Of a stretch of DNA of 64,000 nucleotides, positions 1 to 9,263 are shown one piece after another. A model generated the notes under the pieces. It was not told the DNA's origin. It searched no databases and saw only the letters and a program-made list of their open reading frames with translations. Both the position numbers and the translations under genes were made by a program. Every line of letters starts with the position of its first letter. Position 1 is the first letter of the stretch. Origin of the DNA: Christensenella sp. UBA5327 (GTDB lineage Bacteria > Bacillota > Clostridia > Christensenellales > Aristaeellaceae); the NCBI GenBank assembly GCA_002411105.1, contig DHQX01000015.1:24750-88749 (forward strand), in the 5' to 3' direction.

Positions 1-15
1 AAAAAACTGATCAGC

Positions 16-1137
16 ATGATTACCATCCTCTGCCTGCTGGCGGCGCTGCTGCCGGCATACGCCTCCATCTATGACCCGGATTCGCAGGTCATGTATGTGA
101 AAACCCCTGATGGCAAGAAGTTAAACCTGCGGGAAGAGCCCGACCCCAACGCCAGGATCATCACCCAGATTCCCTATGGCGCTGAAGTGCTCATGTACTC
201 GGACTTTGTGGGGCTGTGGGTGCACGCGCAGTACGGCATGTACAATGGCTTTGTGAAGCCGGAGTTTCTGTCGGATTACCCGCCAAGCCCCTTTGTTCCG
301 CCCACCCCCAGGCCCACCGCCAGGCCCACTGCCATGCCAACAGCAAGGCCTACCCCAACCCCGCCGCCCACACCAGAGGAGCTCCTTGCCCGGGAGATTG
401 GGGCCGCTCGTAGCCTGGGCCTGGTGCCCCCTGGCATGCAGGCAGAGGGCAACTGCACCTGGCAGGAACTGGATGGGCTCATCACCAACGCCATCAGGCT
501 GAAGAACAAAAACCCCGCCGCCATCCGCAACCATGTCTACCTCACCCTGGCAGACTATCAAGCCGCCAATGCCGGCGCGCAGTTTAACATTGTGATGCGG
601 GGGGTGGCGGCTGCGGAGATGTATGGGGCGCTCATCGACATGGGGGAGATGAACCCCATGGCCAGCCATGCCAATGACCCTTATATCGCTGACGCTGGCA
701 ACATCGACCTGTGCCAGCAGTATGCCGGAGTGGATCTGGACCCCGGCAGCGCCGACTGGCGGGCGCTGCCGATGCTGGACATGGTGACCGTGATTCTGGA
801 TCATGTGAGCGGTGTCTCAGGAAAGCCGGTGATGACCATTGACGCAGATCACGATTTTCTGGCCACCCACGCGCTCACCCGCGCCGATGCTATTTTGGCG
901 GTGAGCAGGCTCTACCATTCCCTTCACACGGGGATAGGCATGGTGACGGTCACCCACTACCGCCAGGCCAACCTCAGGGCGCAGCCCTCCATGAAGGCGG
1001 CGATTGTGGGCAAGGTAGACCCGGGCGCTGTCTACGAAGTGATCGACATTCCCAAAGAGGGCTGGTTCCACATCCAACTGCCCAACGGCACCACCGCCTA
1101 CATCGCGGCGGGGATGGTATCATTTATGATGAATTGA
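16..1137 (+). CDS. Secreted protein with N- and C-terminal bacterial SH3 (SH3b)-like domains and a Pro/Thr linker
   Basis: 373-aa ORF. Hydrophobic signal peptide MITILCLLAALLPAYA. SH3b-like segments YVKTPDGKKLNLREEPD...GAEVLMY and ANLRAQPS...GWFHIQLPNGTTAYIAAGMV. The middle region ends in an SLH-like LTRADAILAVSRLY. Confidence 0.7.
   Translation: MITILCLLAALLPAYASIYDPDSQVMYVKTPDGKKLNLREEPDPNARIITQIPYGAEVLMYSDFVGLWVHAQYGMYNGFVKPEFLSDYPPSPFVPPTPRPTARPTAMPTARPTPTPPPTPEELLAREIGAARSLGLVPPGMQAEGNCTWQELDGLITNAIRLKNKNPAAIRNHVYLTLADYQAANAGAQFNIVMRGVAAAEMYGALIDMGEMNPMASHANDPYIADAGNIDLCQQYAGVDLDPGSADWRALPMLDMVTVILDHVSGVSGKPVMTIDADHDFLATHALTRADAILAVSRLYHSLHTGIGMVTVTHYRQANLRAQPSMKAAIVGKVDPGAVYEVIDIPKEGWFHIQLPNGTTAYIAAGMVSFMMN
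310..357 (+). repeat. In-frame imperfect 12-nt tandem repeat (4 units) encoding RPTA-RPTA-MPTA-RPTP
   Basis: Units read directly: aggcccaccgcc / aggcccactgcc / atgccaacagca / aggcctacccca. More degenerate Pro/Thr codons flank them. Confidence 0.7.
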
Positions 1138-1153
1138 TGGGCACTTAAGCAGC

Positions 1154-1180
1154 AAAGCCACCGGCGCCGCCGGTGGCTTT
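1154..1180. terminator. Stem-loop between convergent genes (possible bidirectional terminator)
   Basis: AAAGCCACCGG (1154-1164) pairs with CCGGTGGCTTT (1170-1180) around a 5-nt loop. The T-run is only short. Confidence 0.45.
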
Positions 1181-1198
1181 GCGCATGAGAAGGGCCTC

Positions 1199-1858
1199 CT
1201 ATATCAGCTTCTTCTTGTACAGGATCCTGGCCACCACCATGGTGACCGCGGCGCTGAGGGGAATCAGCAGGCTGATGGCGCTTGAGAGGCTGGGCTTTAT
1301 GAGAAACAGGATCAGCATCAGGATCATGGGGGTGAGGGCGATGCGCCAGTTTTTGGACAAAAAGACCACCGCCAGGCCGCCAAACAGGGCGGGCAGCACA
1401 TTTTTGAAAGCGGGAGCCAGAACGGGGGATTCCAGAATCGGCCTGAGGGTGTTGATCAGCAGCATCCCCGCCGCCAGGATCAGGGTGGTGACGATGGAAC
1501 TGGCGGCGATGGCGAGGGTGGAGATGACCTCGCCCTTTTCACTGTTGGGCTCTACCCCGGCGATCTGCATGGCGCGCAGGGCAGCGGGCACCTTCATGGC
1601 GGTGAGGTTGCCTGTGACAAAGCCCAGATATGCGCCGCCGGAGCCCAGCATGGGCCCGAAGGTAAACGCCTCAATGGCGCCCACCGCCCAGTACACCGGG
1701 GCCACCGCCAAAAGCCCCTGGAGGACCAGGGCATAATCGGGCTGCACCTTGAAATACAAGGAGGCGAAGAAGGGGTAGGCCATAAACATCAGGATAGCCA
1801 ATACCAGAGACACGCGGCCCCAGGTGTGGATTTTTTGCTCATAAAGGGATGGTTTCAT
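1199..1858 (-). CDS. Polytopic membrane protein of unknown function
   Basis: 219-aa ORF that is hydrophobic throughout. It starts 1 nt after the stop of the upstream membrane-protein gene, so it is probably co-transcribed. Confidence 0.6.
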   Translation of the reverse strand: MKPSLYEQKIHTWGRVSLVLAILMFMAYPFFASLYFKVQPDYALVLQGLLAVAPVYWAVGAIEAFTFGPMLGSGGAYLGFVTGNLTAMKVPAALRAMQIAGVEPNSEKGEVISTLAIAASSIVTTLILAAGMLLINTLRPILESPVLAPAFKNVLPALFGGLAVVFLSKNWRIALTPMILMLILFLIKPSLSSAISLLIPLSAAVTMVVARILYKKKLI

Positions 1859-1859
1859 C

Positions 1860-2588
1860 TCAGCCTCCTATCCAGTTGGTCAGCGGGATGGCAAAGGCCA
1901 TGGCGCTTAGCATGCTGATGGGCATGGCATAGTTCTCCAGCCACTTAAACCCCGGCTTTTTGATGAGAAGCCCGCACAAGCCCATCATGAGCGCTGAAAA
2001 CAGCATCACAAAAACCGGGATGAAGCCGGCCAGCCCCGTGTGCACATCGGCAAACACCATGCCCAGGAAGGTGGCGATCATGCCCACAAACAGCGAATCC
2101 ATCAGGATGGCGCTCCATCGGGCATCTTTTTCTTTCATGCGCGCAAGGCGCTTTTGCATCCGCTTCTGGAAAAACAGGATAATCAGAATGCCCGACAGGA
2201 TGCCCAGGGTCATCACCCAGGCGATGGCGATGTAAACCGCCGGGTCATTGACCGGCTGATCCATGGGCATGGCGAGGATTTTGGCCACGGATGCCGCTGC
2301 TGGCAGCTCATAGGTGAGGGCGCCCAGCACCGAAAGCCTCAGCCAGGGGAGCGGAATTCCCAGAAAGCGGGACAGGCTGATGAGCCCCAGCAGGATGGCA
2401 ATGGCTGGGGCCACGCTGAAAAGCGCGCTGCCAGTGAGGGTGCCCCTCAAGGTTTGCCGGGATATCCCCAGCTCCACCGCGCGCTTCCAGGCCTTCACCA
2501 AAAAGAACACCGACTGGCCCAGCACATAGAGAATCACCAGGCCCGCCAGCAGAAACAGGATAGAATCATTGATGGAAAATGGCATCAT
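1860..2588 (-). CDS. Polytopic membrane protein of unknown function (resembles DUF5058-type proteins from memory)
   Basis: 242-aa ORF with several hydrophobic spans and a central basic loop KRMQKRLARMKEKDARW. It starts 11 nt downstream of the M20 peptidase gene. Confidence 0.55.
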   Translation of the reverse strand: MMPFSINDSILFLLAGLVILYVLGQSVFFLVKAWKRAVELGISRQTLRGTLTGSALFSVAPAIAILLGLISLSRFLGIPLPWLRLSVLGALTYELPAAASVAKILAMPMDQPVNDPAVYIAIAWVMTLGILSGILIILFFQKRMQKRLARMKEKDARWSAILMDSLFVGMIATFLGMVFADVHTGLAGFIPVFVMLFSALMMGLCGLLIKKPGFKWLENYAMPISMLSAMAFAIPLTNWIGG

Positions 2589-2599
2589 GGCCTCCTTTG

Positions 2600-3925
2600 T
2601 CAGTGGGTTGCGGCGCTGCGCAGGAACAGGGTGTAAAATGCGATCATGGCCTTCAGGTTTTCGATGCTCAGGTATTCGCCCCGGCCGTGCATGAGGGAGA
2701 GCTCCTGCTCTGTCACCCGGGCGGGCAAAAAGCGGTAGGCGTTGCGGGTGACCCGGTCATAGTGCCGGCAATCCGTGCCGCCGGTCATCAGGTAGGGGGT
2801 GATCACCGCGTCCGGGAACACCTGCGCGATGCAATTCTTGATCAGCTCCATGGCGGGGCTTTTAAGGTCTGATGATTTGGTGGGCTCATCCTGAAGAATG
2901 GCAACACTTTCAAAGGGGATGCCCAGGCCGCGCAAGCGGGCCAGCGCCGCCTCTGAGCTGTCCCCTTGCAGGATGCGCACATTGACGGTGCAGCTGGCAG
3001 TCTTTGGCAAGACGTTGTGGGCGGTGCCGCCGGATGCCTGGGTGAAGGCCAGGGTGGTGCGCACCATGGCGGCAGTCTGCCGGTTTTTGAGCAGGGTTCT
3101 GATGATCAGGGGCTCAAACAGCCCGGGATGGGAAAGCACAAAGCCCTGGATACCCGGCCGGTGGGCGGCGGTGGCAGCCAGCATGGCCTTGACGGTGTCT
3201 GTCAGCCTGGGCTTTGCCGGGCGAGCTTCCGCCAGGCTAATGAACCGGGCCATTTTGCCCACGGCGGTGGTTTCCGGCGGGGTGAAGGCATGGCCTTCCT
3301 CCCCGGAAAAGGTCAGCTGAAAGCTGGTGTGTCCCTTTTCCGCCACGCCAATCACAGCCACCGGCTTGCCGATGCCCATCATGGCGCCATCGGCAACAGC
3401 GCCGCCCTCATCCAGCACATAGTCAAACATCAGGCCCTGGGATTCAAAATGCGCCGCAATCTGCCGGGCGCCGTGGGCGCCGCCCACTTCCTCATCAAAG
3501 CCGCAGGCGAGATAGACATCGCTGGCTGGTACAAAACCCTCCTCAAGCAGCGCTGTGATGGCCTCCAAGATGGCGATCAGGGAGCCCTTATCATCAAAGC
3601 TGCCCCGGCCATAGACCCTGTCATCGGCAATGTGCCCGGAGAAGGGGGGATAGGGCCAGCCCTCTTCCCCGGCTGGCACCACATCGTAATGGGCGGTGAG
3701 GAGGATGGGCTGCTTTCTGTCCCGCCCAGGCCAATGAAAGACCAGGCCATGGCCGTTCACCACGGTTTTGGTGAGCTGGTGATGGATGAGGGGATACTCC
3801 GCCTCCAGAAAGGCCTCAAAGGCGGAAAACACCGGCAGGTCCATCCGGGTGATATCCTGATGGGACACGGTGGGGTAGGTGAGGGCCTGGCTTAAGCGCC
3901 GGGCCGCCGGGAGTGGATGAGGCAT
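2600..3925 (-). CDS. M20/M25/M40 family metallopeptidase/amidohydrolase
   Basis: Motifs LLTAHYDVVPAG...W.YPPF and YGRGSFDDKGSLIA are typical of M20. Start chosen at the ATG at 3925 (MPHPLPAARR) behind AAAGGAA. The ORF-track start at 3976 would overlap the upstream gene. Confidence 0.8.
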   Translation of the reverse strand: MPHPLPAARRLSQALTYPTVSHQDITRMDLPVFSAFEAFLEAEYPLIHHQLTKTVVNGHGLVFHWPGRDRKQPILLTAHYDVVPAGEEGWPYPPFSGHIADDRVYGRGSFDDKGSLIAILEAITALLEEGFVPASDVYLACGFDEEVGGAHGARQIAAHFESQGLMFDYVLDEGGAVADGAMMGIGKPVAVIGVAEKGHTSFQLTFSGEEGHAFTPPETTAVGKMARFISLAEARPAKPRLTDTVKAMLAATAAHRPGIQGFVLSHPGLFEPLIIRTLLKNRQTAAMVRTTLAFTQASGGTAHNVLPKTASCTVNVRILQGDSSEAALARLRGLGIPFESVAILQDEPTKSSDLKSPAMELIKNCIAQVFPDAVITPYLMTGGTDCRHYDRVTRNAYRFLPARVTEQELSLMHGRGEYLSIENLKAMIAFYTLFLRSAATH

Positions 3926-3944
3926 CGCTATTTCCTTTCTTCCC

Positions 3945-5375
3945 TCAAAACGGGCCAAGGCCCATGAGGTGGGCAATCAGAAGCCAGACAAGGCTCAGCG
4001 CCAGCAGCGCGCCTTGCAAAGGCAGCGTCCACTTAAGCCACTTGGGATAGCTGACCACGCTCAGCCCCAGGGCGATCATCAAGGCCGCGTTGGTGGGATA
4101 GAGCAGGTTGCTGAAGCCATCCCCAAACAGGTAGGCCTGAACGGCCACCTGGCGGTGGATGCCCAGAATATCCGTCAGGGGAAGCAGCAGCGGCAGCACC
4201 AGGAAGGCCTTGGCGGAACCGGAGCTGATGAAGAAATTCATCACCAGCACCATCGCATACAGCAAAAACAGGCCGCCGATGGGGGAAAGCCCTTGAAAAC
4301 GGGCTGCGGCTAAATGCAGCAGGTGATCCATCACCAGGGAGCGGGTCATGATCAGCTTGATGCTCATGGCCATCAGGATCAGCACCACCGCGGGGGCAAC
4401 GCCTGCCATGCCCTGCAAGAATGCTTTGACCGCATCCCGCAGGCTCATCACCCCGCTTGCCAGAACGCTGCCAAAGGAGAGCAGGACGAAAAGCAGCGCG
4501 ATGAGGGGAAACAGCAGCCCAGACAAGGCGGGGACGAAAAAGCTTAAGACCAGTAGCACCGGGAGCGCCGCCAGCCCTGCCCCGAAGTACATCAGGCCCC
4601 GGTCCAGCCTGGGGTTGTGCACCAGCTCCTCTGCGGTCTGAAGCGCCTGATCCTCTTGATACACGAGGGAGGAAGCCGGATTCTTTTCGATTTTCTTCAC
4701 ATACCGCAAAAGGAAAAGCTGGAGCAGGGCATAGACGCTGATAAACACCAGCACCCGAAGCCCCAGCGCCGAATAGGCTGGCAAGCCCGCCAGCTGCTGG
4801 GCCACCCCCACGGTGAAAGGGTTGATGGTGGCGGAGGCAAAGCCCAACCCGGAGGGCAACAGGCTGATGCCAAGGCCGGTCATGGAGTCCCAGCCCATAC
4901 GCCGGGACAGGGCGATGCAAAAGGGCACCATGATAATCAGCTCTTCAAAAATGCCAAACACCGAGCCGAAGAGCATGAAAAAAAGGCTGATGATCATCAC
5001 AAGCCTGTATCTGGCCCCCTGAAAGCGCCGGGTGATGCGCGCCATCAGCCGGGACACCATCCCGCAGGCCAGCAGAATGCTGAAACTGCCGCCTATCAGC
5101 AGCAGAAAAATGAGGATGATGCCCACCATCGCCGCATCGTCTGACAGAAAAACTTCAAAGGGGGCGGTCAGAAAGCGCCAGATGGGGATGGGCGGCTTTT
5201 CCACCTGTCTGAAGGTGCCTGGCTGGATTTTCTCCCGCCCACCGTCCATCACCCGATCAAATCGGCCCGAGGGCAGGGCGTAGGAGAGGGCCGTGGCCAG
5301 CACCATCAGCGCCAGCAGGACACAGAGGGAAAGGAAGAAGGAACGTTTGCCGATTTTGATGGATTGTTGCTGCAT
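3945..5375 (-). CDS. YfcC-family (anaerobic C4-dicarboxylate carrier-like) transporter
   Basis: 476-aa polytopic ORF. The N-terminus MQQQSIKIGKRSFFLSLCVL and overall architecture are typical of YfcC-type putative amino-acid/peptide carriers. GGAGG lies upstream. Confidence 0.75.
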   Translation of the reverse strand: MQQQSIKIGKRSFFLSLCVLLALMVLATALSYALPSGRFDRVMDGGREKIQPGTFRQVEKPPIPIWRFLTAPFEVFLSDDAAMVGIILIFLLLIGGSFSILLACGMVSRLMARITRRFQGARYRLVMIISLFFMLFGSVFGIFEELIIMVPFCIALSRRMGWDSMTGLGISLLPSGLGFASATINPFTVGVAQQLAGLPAYSALGLRVLVFISVYALLQLFLLRYVKKIEKNPASSLVYQEDQALQTAEELVHNPRLDRGLMYFGAGLAALPVLLVLSFFVPALSGLLFPLIALLFVLLSFGSVLASGVMSLRDAVKAFLQGMAGVAPAVVLILMAMSIKLIMTRSLVMDHLLHLAAARFQGLSPIGGLFLLYAMVLVMNFFISSGSAKAFLVLPLLLPLTDILGIHRQVAVQAYLFGDGFSNLLYPTNAALMIALGLSVVSYPKWLKWTLPLQGALLALSLVWLLIAHLMGLGPF

Positions 5376-5395
5376 GGCCTGCCTCCTGTATTGCG

Positions 5396-6436
5396 CTAAG
5401 CCCGGCTTAAAGCCTCCACTGCCTCAATCAGCCTGTCCACATCCTCATCCCTGGTGGCCCAGCTGGTGCAAAAACGCAGCGCCCAGCAGCCATCCGGCAT
5501 GTGTTGGATGCGGGAGAAGGCAAAATCCTGTGCCAGGCTTTCCACCTGGCATTCCTTGAGAATGGGAAACTGCTGGTTGGTGACAGAATCCCCCAGGAAG
5601 GAAATGCCCTGGGCGGTAAACGCCTGCTGAATGCGCAGGGCCTGGGCATTGGCCTGCCTGGCCAGGGCGAGGTATAGGCCATCCTGCAAAATGGCTTCAA
5701 ATTGCAGTCCCATGAGAAAGCCCTTGCCGACCATGCCGCCGCGCTGCTTGATGTGATAGCGGAAGTCCTTTTGCAAGGCCGGATCCGTGATCACCAGCGC
5801 CTCGCCATACATTAGCCCCTGCTTGGTGCCCCCGATGGTGAAGGCATCACACAGCTGCGCCACATCAGAAAAACGCAGGTCATCAGCCGCCGCCAGCGCA
5901 TAGCCCAGGCGTGCGCCGTCCAGATACAGGGGCAGGCCCAGCTCCCGGCAGGCGGCGCTGATTTCTTTGAGCTCAGAGCGCTCATAAACGGTGCCCAGCT
6001 CCGTGGTGTTGGAGAGATAGACCATGCCCGGCTGGGGCGTATGCTCCCGGGTGGGGTCTGCCCAGTGGGCGGCGACAAAGCCCCGGATCTGCTGCGCGGT
6101 GATCTTCCCCTCAGCCTGGGGGAGAGGCAGCACCTTGTGCCCGGTGGCCTCGATGGCCCCGGTCTCGTGGGTGTTGATGTGCCCGGTGTCGGCACAGATG
6201 ACGCCCTGGTGTGGGCGCAGAACCGAGGCGATGAGCGTGAGGTTGGCCTGGGTGCCGCCGGGGATAAAGTAAACCCCAGCGTGGGGGGCCTCGCACAGCG
6301 CCCTGATCCGGGCGGCGGCTGTCTGGCAGGCCTCATCCTCCGCGTAGCCTGTGAAGGTTTTGCCCTGAGCCGCCGAGATGGCAGCGATAACGGCTGGGTG
6401 GGCGGTCTGCCCGTAGTCATTCATGAATGAAATCAT
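5396..6436 (-). CDS. PLP-dependent threonine aldolase family protein
   Basis: 346 aa. N-terminal FMNDYGQTAHPAVI, GGTQANL and a GGTKQG lysine motif resemble clostridial low-specificity threonine aldolases. Its start overlaps the upstream stop (ATGA). Confidence 0.7.
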   Translation of the reverse strand: MISFMNDYGQTAHPAVIAAISAAQGKTFTGYAEDEACQTAAARIRALCEAPHAGVYFIPGGTQANLTLIASVLRPHQGVICADTGHINTHETGAIEATGHKVLPLPQAEGKITAQQIRGFVAAHWADPTREHTPQPGMVYLSNTTELGTVYERSELKEISAACRELGLPLYLDGARLGYALAAADDLRFSDVAQLCDAFTIGGTKQGLMYGEALVITDPALQKDFRYHIKQRGGMVGKGFLMGLQFEAILQDGLYLALARQANAQALRIQQAFTAQGISFLGDSVTNQQFPILKECQVESLAQDFAFSRIQHMPDGCWALRFCTSWATRDEDVDRLIEAVEALSRA

Positions 6437-7533
6437 GGCGTCACATCCTCCTCAGTGTCGGCACTGTCATCGGGCTGCGTATCCGGCGGGGTTAGATCCT
6501 CGGCCTTTAACAGCATCAGCTCATCCCGGGTGACACTGTCCTGCTTGGCCAGGCGATTGGCCTGGCGGGACACAGCCTGCTCAAAGAGGTTGCGCACGCC
6601 CCGGGCGTTGCCAAAGCCGATGTTGTCCTCGCTCTCCTCTGCCAAAATCTCTGCCAGATCATCCCGGGCGGATTCCTCCAGCCGGTAGCCTGCCTTATTG
6701 CAGCGCATGTCGAAGATGGCCAGCATCTCATCCACCGTGTAATCCGGGAAATAGAGAAAACGGTTGAACCGGCTCTCCAGACCCGGGTTGGAATGGACAA
6801 ACTCGTTCATCAAATCCACATAGCCCGCCACAATCACCACCAGGTCATCCCGGTGGTCCTCCATGGCTTTGAGCAGCGTTTCCACCGCCTCCTGGCCATA
6901 GTCCTGGGGGCCCCGGGTGGTGAGGGCATAGGCCTCGTCGATAAACAGCACCCCGCCCAGGGCTTTCTGGACGACTTCGCTGGTTTTGAGCGCCGTTTGC
7001 CCCACATAGCCCGCCACCAGGCCGCTGCGGTCCACCTCCACCAGGTGCCCCTTGGAGAGGATGCCCAGGCTGTGATAAATGCGGCTCATCAGCCGGGCGA
7101 TCATGGTTTTGCCGGTGCCGGGGTTGCCGGAAAACACCATGTGAAGGGAGAGGTCTTCTGTGGGCAGGTCATGCTCTTTGCGCAGCTTGTTCACCTTCAC
7201 CAGGTTGATGAGGCTTTCCACCTCTGCCTTCACCACTGTGAGGCCGATGTAGGAGTGCAGCTCTTCCTTCAGCTTCTCAATGTCTTCAGGGGGTGCGGCT
7301 TCTTCTTTTTTATCCTCGGGCTTGACTGCGGCCTGCTGGCTGCTTGTGCCAAACACATCCGGCACCGGGGGGAAGCCGGGCGGCGGGGTCGCCTCCCCGG
7401 TGTCCTTCGTGTCTGCCTCCGGGTTTCTGCCCCAGAGGTCATCGCCAATATTCCTGAGGTTATAATCGGTCATCTGCCGGATGATCTGGTTTTGCAGGCG
7501 GATGATCTCCTCTTTGCGGTCTGCCATCCTCAT
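6433..7533 (-). CDS. AAA+ ATPase, SpoVK/CbbX subfamily
   Basis: Walker A GNPGTGKT, Walker B VLFIDEAYAL, and the CbbX/SpoVK-type context HMVFSGNPGTGKTMIARLM...GYVGQTA. The N-terminal region is acidic and Pro-rich. Confidence 0.8.
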   Translation of the reverse strand: MRMADRKEEIIRLQNQIIRQMTDYNLRNIGDDLWGRNPEADTKDTGEATPPPGFPPVPDVFGTSSQQAAVKPEDKKEEAAPPEDIEKLKEELHSYIGLTVVKAEVESLINLVKVNKLRKEHDLPTEDLSLHMVFSGNPGTGKTMIARLMSRIYHSLGILSKGHLVEVDRSGLVAGYVGQTALKTSEVVQKALGGVLFIDEAYALTTRGPQDYGQEAVETLLKAMEDHRDDLVVIVAGYVDLMNEFVHSNPGLESRFNRFLYFPDYTVDEMLAIFDMRCNKAGYRLEESARDDLAEILAEESEDNIGFGNARGVRNLFEQAVSRQANRLAKQDSVTRDELMLLKAEDLTPPDTQPDDSADTEEDVTP

Positions 7534-7701
7534 GTTCTCCCTTTGCGTATTGTTCTTTGGAGATTATAGCACAGACTGCGGTCTTGCACGCAGCAGAGGG
7601 AGAAAAGAGAATGAAGAAATATCAAGTGAGAAGGATACACAGTTGACACTTGCTGTATAAGCCTCGTATCCTTATAGAGCAGCAATCCCTTGGGAGGATC
7701 C

Positions 7702-8268
7702 ATGTTTTTTCTGATTTTTGCAGCCCTTGATGACACATCGGAGCGCTCTTTCATCGAGCAGCTTTACAACACGCATTATCGCGCCATGTATAGGACGGCG
7801 CTGGGCATCCTGCGCCATCCAGAGGATGCGGAGGATGTGGTACAAAGCACCTGCCTGGCTTTGTGCAAAAAAACATCGCTATTGGCTGGGATGGATTGTA
7901 ACGCTTTGCATAGCTACGTTGTCATTAGTATCAGGAACACGGCGATTAATCTGATGAGAAGCCGTGACAGAAGGGCTGAGTTGTTATGGGGCGAAGAGGA
8001 CTATCTGGACAGCTTGGTCAAGCCTTGTGAAACATGGGAGGATGATCTGTTTGTCAGCGCGGATGAAGGCGTCCTTACCCAAGCGATTATGCGGATGCCC
8101 CTCAGGGAGCGCCACCTGATCGAAATGAAGTATATCCTGAATGAAAAGACTCAGGAAATTGCGAAAGAACTTGGTATCAAGCCTGACAGCGTGCGCGTTT
8201 TGCTGATGCGAACGCGGCGGAGGTTGCATGATCTGATGGAGGAAATAGCGCATGAGAAAGAAGATTGA
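7702..8268 (+). CDS. ECF-type sigma-70 family RNA polymerase sigma factor
   Basis: Region 2-like DAEDVVQSTCLAL and region 4 HTH EKTQEIAKELGIKPDSVRVLLMRTRRRL. ATG at 7702 lies behind GGAGG. Confidence 0.8.
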   Translation: MFFLIFAALDDTSERSFIEQLYNTHYRAMYRTALGILRHPEDAEDVVQSTCLALCKKTSLLAGMDCNALHSYVVISIRNTAINLMRSRDRRAELLWGEEDYLDSLVKPCETWEDDLFVSADEGVLTQAIMRMPLRERHLIEMKYILNEKTQEIAKELGIKPDSVRVLLMRTRRRLHDLMEEIAHEKED

Positions 8269-8737
8269 TAGCGGCAGCAGCGCCTTTAACCTTCATGAAT
8301 TGCAGTGCCAGCTGAGCGATACGAAGCTTAAAATCGCGCTTTTGCAGGCTGCCAGGCTGGAGGACGAGGCGGAGGAGCAGCCGGACGCGATGGCCTTGGC
8401 TGAGCCCAATGAGAATACCCTCGCCGCCATCCGCCGCGAAAGCCGCAGGATGGAAAAACTCAGCCTGCTTCACCGTATGCCCCCCGTGCTTCGGGCAGCC
8501 GCTGCCATTCTGCTCATCAGCTTTCTCACCCTCAGCACCGCCATGGCGGTTTCCCCGGCTGTACGGGTTGCCGTGATGAAGCTGCTGTACACCGTCACTC
8601 CCCAGCATACTGAAATCCGCCTGGTGCAAGACGAGGATTCAGCCGTTGAGGTGCCGGAAGGATGGCAGGGGGCGTACTATCCGGCGTATATTCCGGAGGG
8701 GTATACGTTCAATAGTTTTCAGGCACAGAATCAATGA
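8252..8737 (+). CDS. Putative anti-sigma factor: cytoplasmic part, one TM, and the start of a DUF4367-like domain
   Basis: Overlaps the sigma gene stop. Single TM AAAAILLISFLTLSTAMAV. Ends in YIPEGYTF, the usual opening of DUF4367-type domains, then stops at TGA 8735-8737. Confidence 0.55.
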   Translation: MRKKIDSGSSAFNLHELQCQLSDTKLKIALLQAARLEDEAEEQPDAMALAEPNENTLAAIRRESRRMEKLSLLHRMPPVLRAAAAILLISFLTLSTAMAVSPAVRVAVMKLLYTVTPQHTEIRLVQDEDSAVEVPEGWQGAYYPAYIPEGYTFNSFQAQNQ

Positions 8738-8994
8738 TAGATGCGCTCTATTTTTTAGGCGACAACGACTATATGATGTTTAGTGAGAATGATGCGAATG
8801 TCGAAGCAAATATTGATGCGGAGGGATATGCGTTTTCGGAAGTCGATCTAAATGGTCAAATGGCACTTCTGGCGCAGAAGAAAGGGAAAAGCACAGTTGT
8901 ATGGCGGCAAGAGAACAAACTGATGATGTTGACCATTACAGAAGACGCTAATACCGCTATGAATATTGCGCGAAGTGTTACCCGAATAAAATAA
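8734..8994 (+). CDS. DUF4367-like extracytoplasmic fragment; apparent continuation of 8252..8737 in another frame
   Basis: The ATG at 8734 overlaps TGA 8735-8737 (caATGAtag). The product (YFLGDNDYMMFSEND...VVWRQENKLMMLTI) reads like the remainder of the domain begun in the upstream ORF. Confidence 0.5.
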   Translation: MIDALYFLGDNDYMMFSENDANVEANIDAEGYAFSEVDLNGQMALLAQKKGKSTVVWRQENKLMMLTITEDANTAMNIARSVTRIK

Positions 8995-9016
8995 TTTTTT
9001 AAAATCTGTAACGTTT

Positions 9017-9060
9017 CCCCTTTCTTTTGTGTCTTAAGAAATAGAGACATCAGAAAGGGG
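9017..9060. other. Long imperfect stem-loop in an intergenic region
   Basis: CCCCTTTCT (9017-9025) pairs with AGAAAGGGG (9052-9060). An inner TGTCT/AGACA pairing adds to the stem. No adjacent T-run on either strand. Confidence 0.4.
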
Positions 9061-9195
9061 ATTATGATCATTAAGCCAAAACGATGCTGGAACCATGCCC
9101 ATAGGAGATAGATATCGCATAGTGTTTATTAGAAATGGACAGTCAAAAGGTACTTCCGTATCGGTTGGCTTCACGTTCTGGCCATAAGACTTTAT

Positions 9196-9235
9196 CTTCG
9201 GCGAAGGCGATGCTCCTTCGCCGAGGGGTTTTCTG
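9196..9235 (+). terminator. Rho-independent-terminator-like hairpin with no obvious upstream gene
   Basis: 12-bp stem CTTCGGCGAAGG / CCTTCGCCGAGG (one G-U pair), 7-nt loop, followed by GGTTTTCT. Confidence 0.45.
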
Positions 9236-9263
9236 TAAATACGTTGATAGGGAGCTTTAGAAT

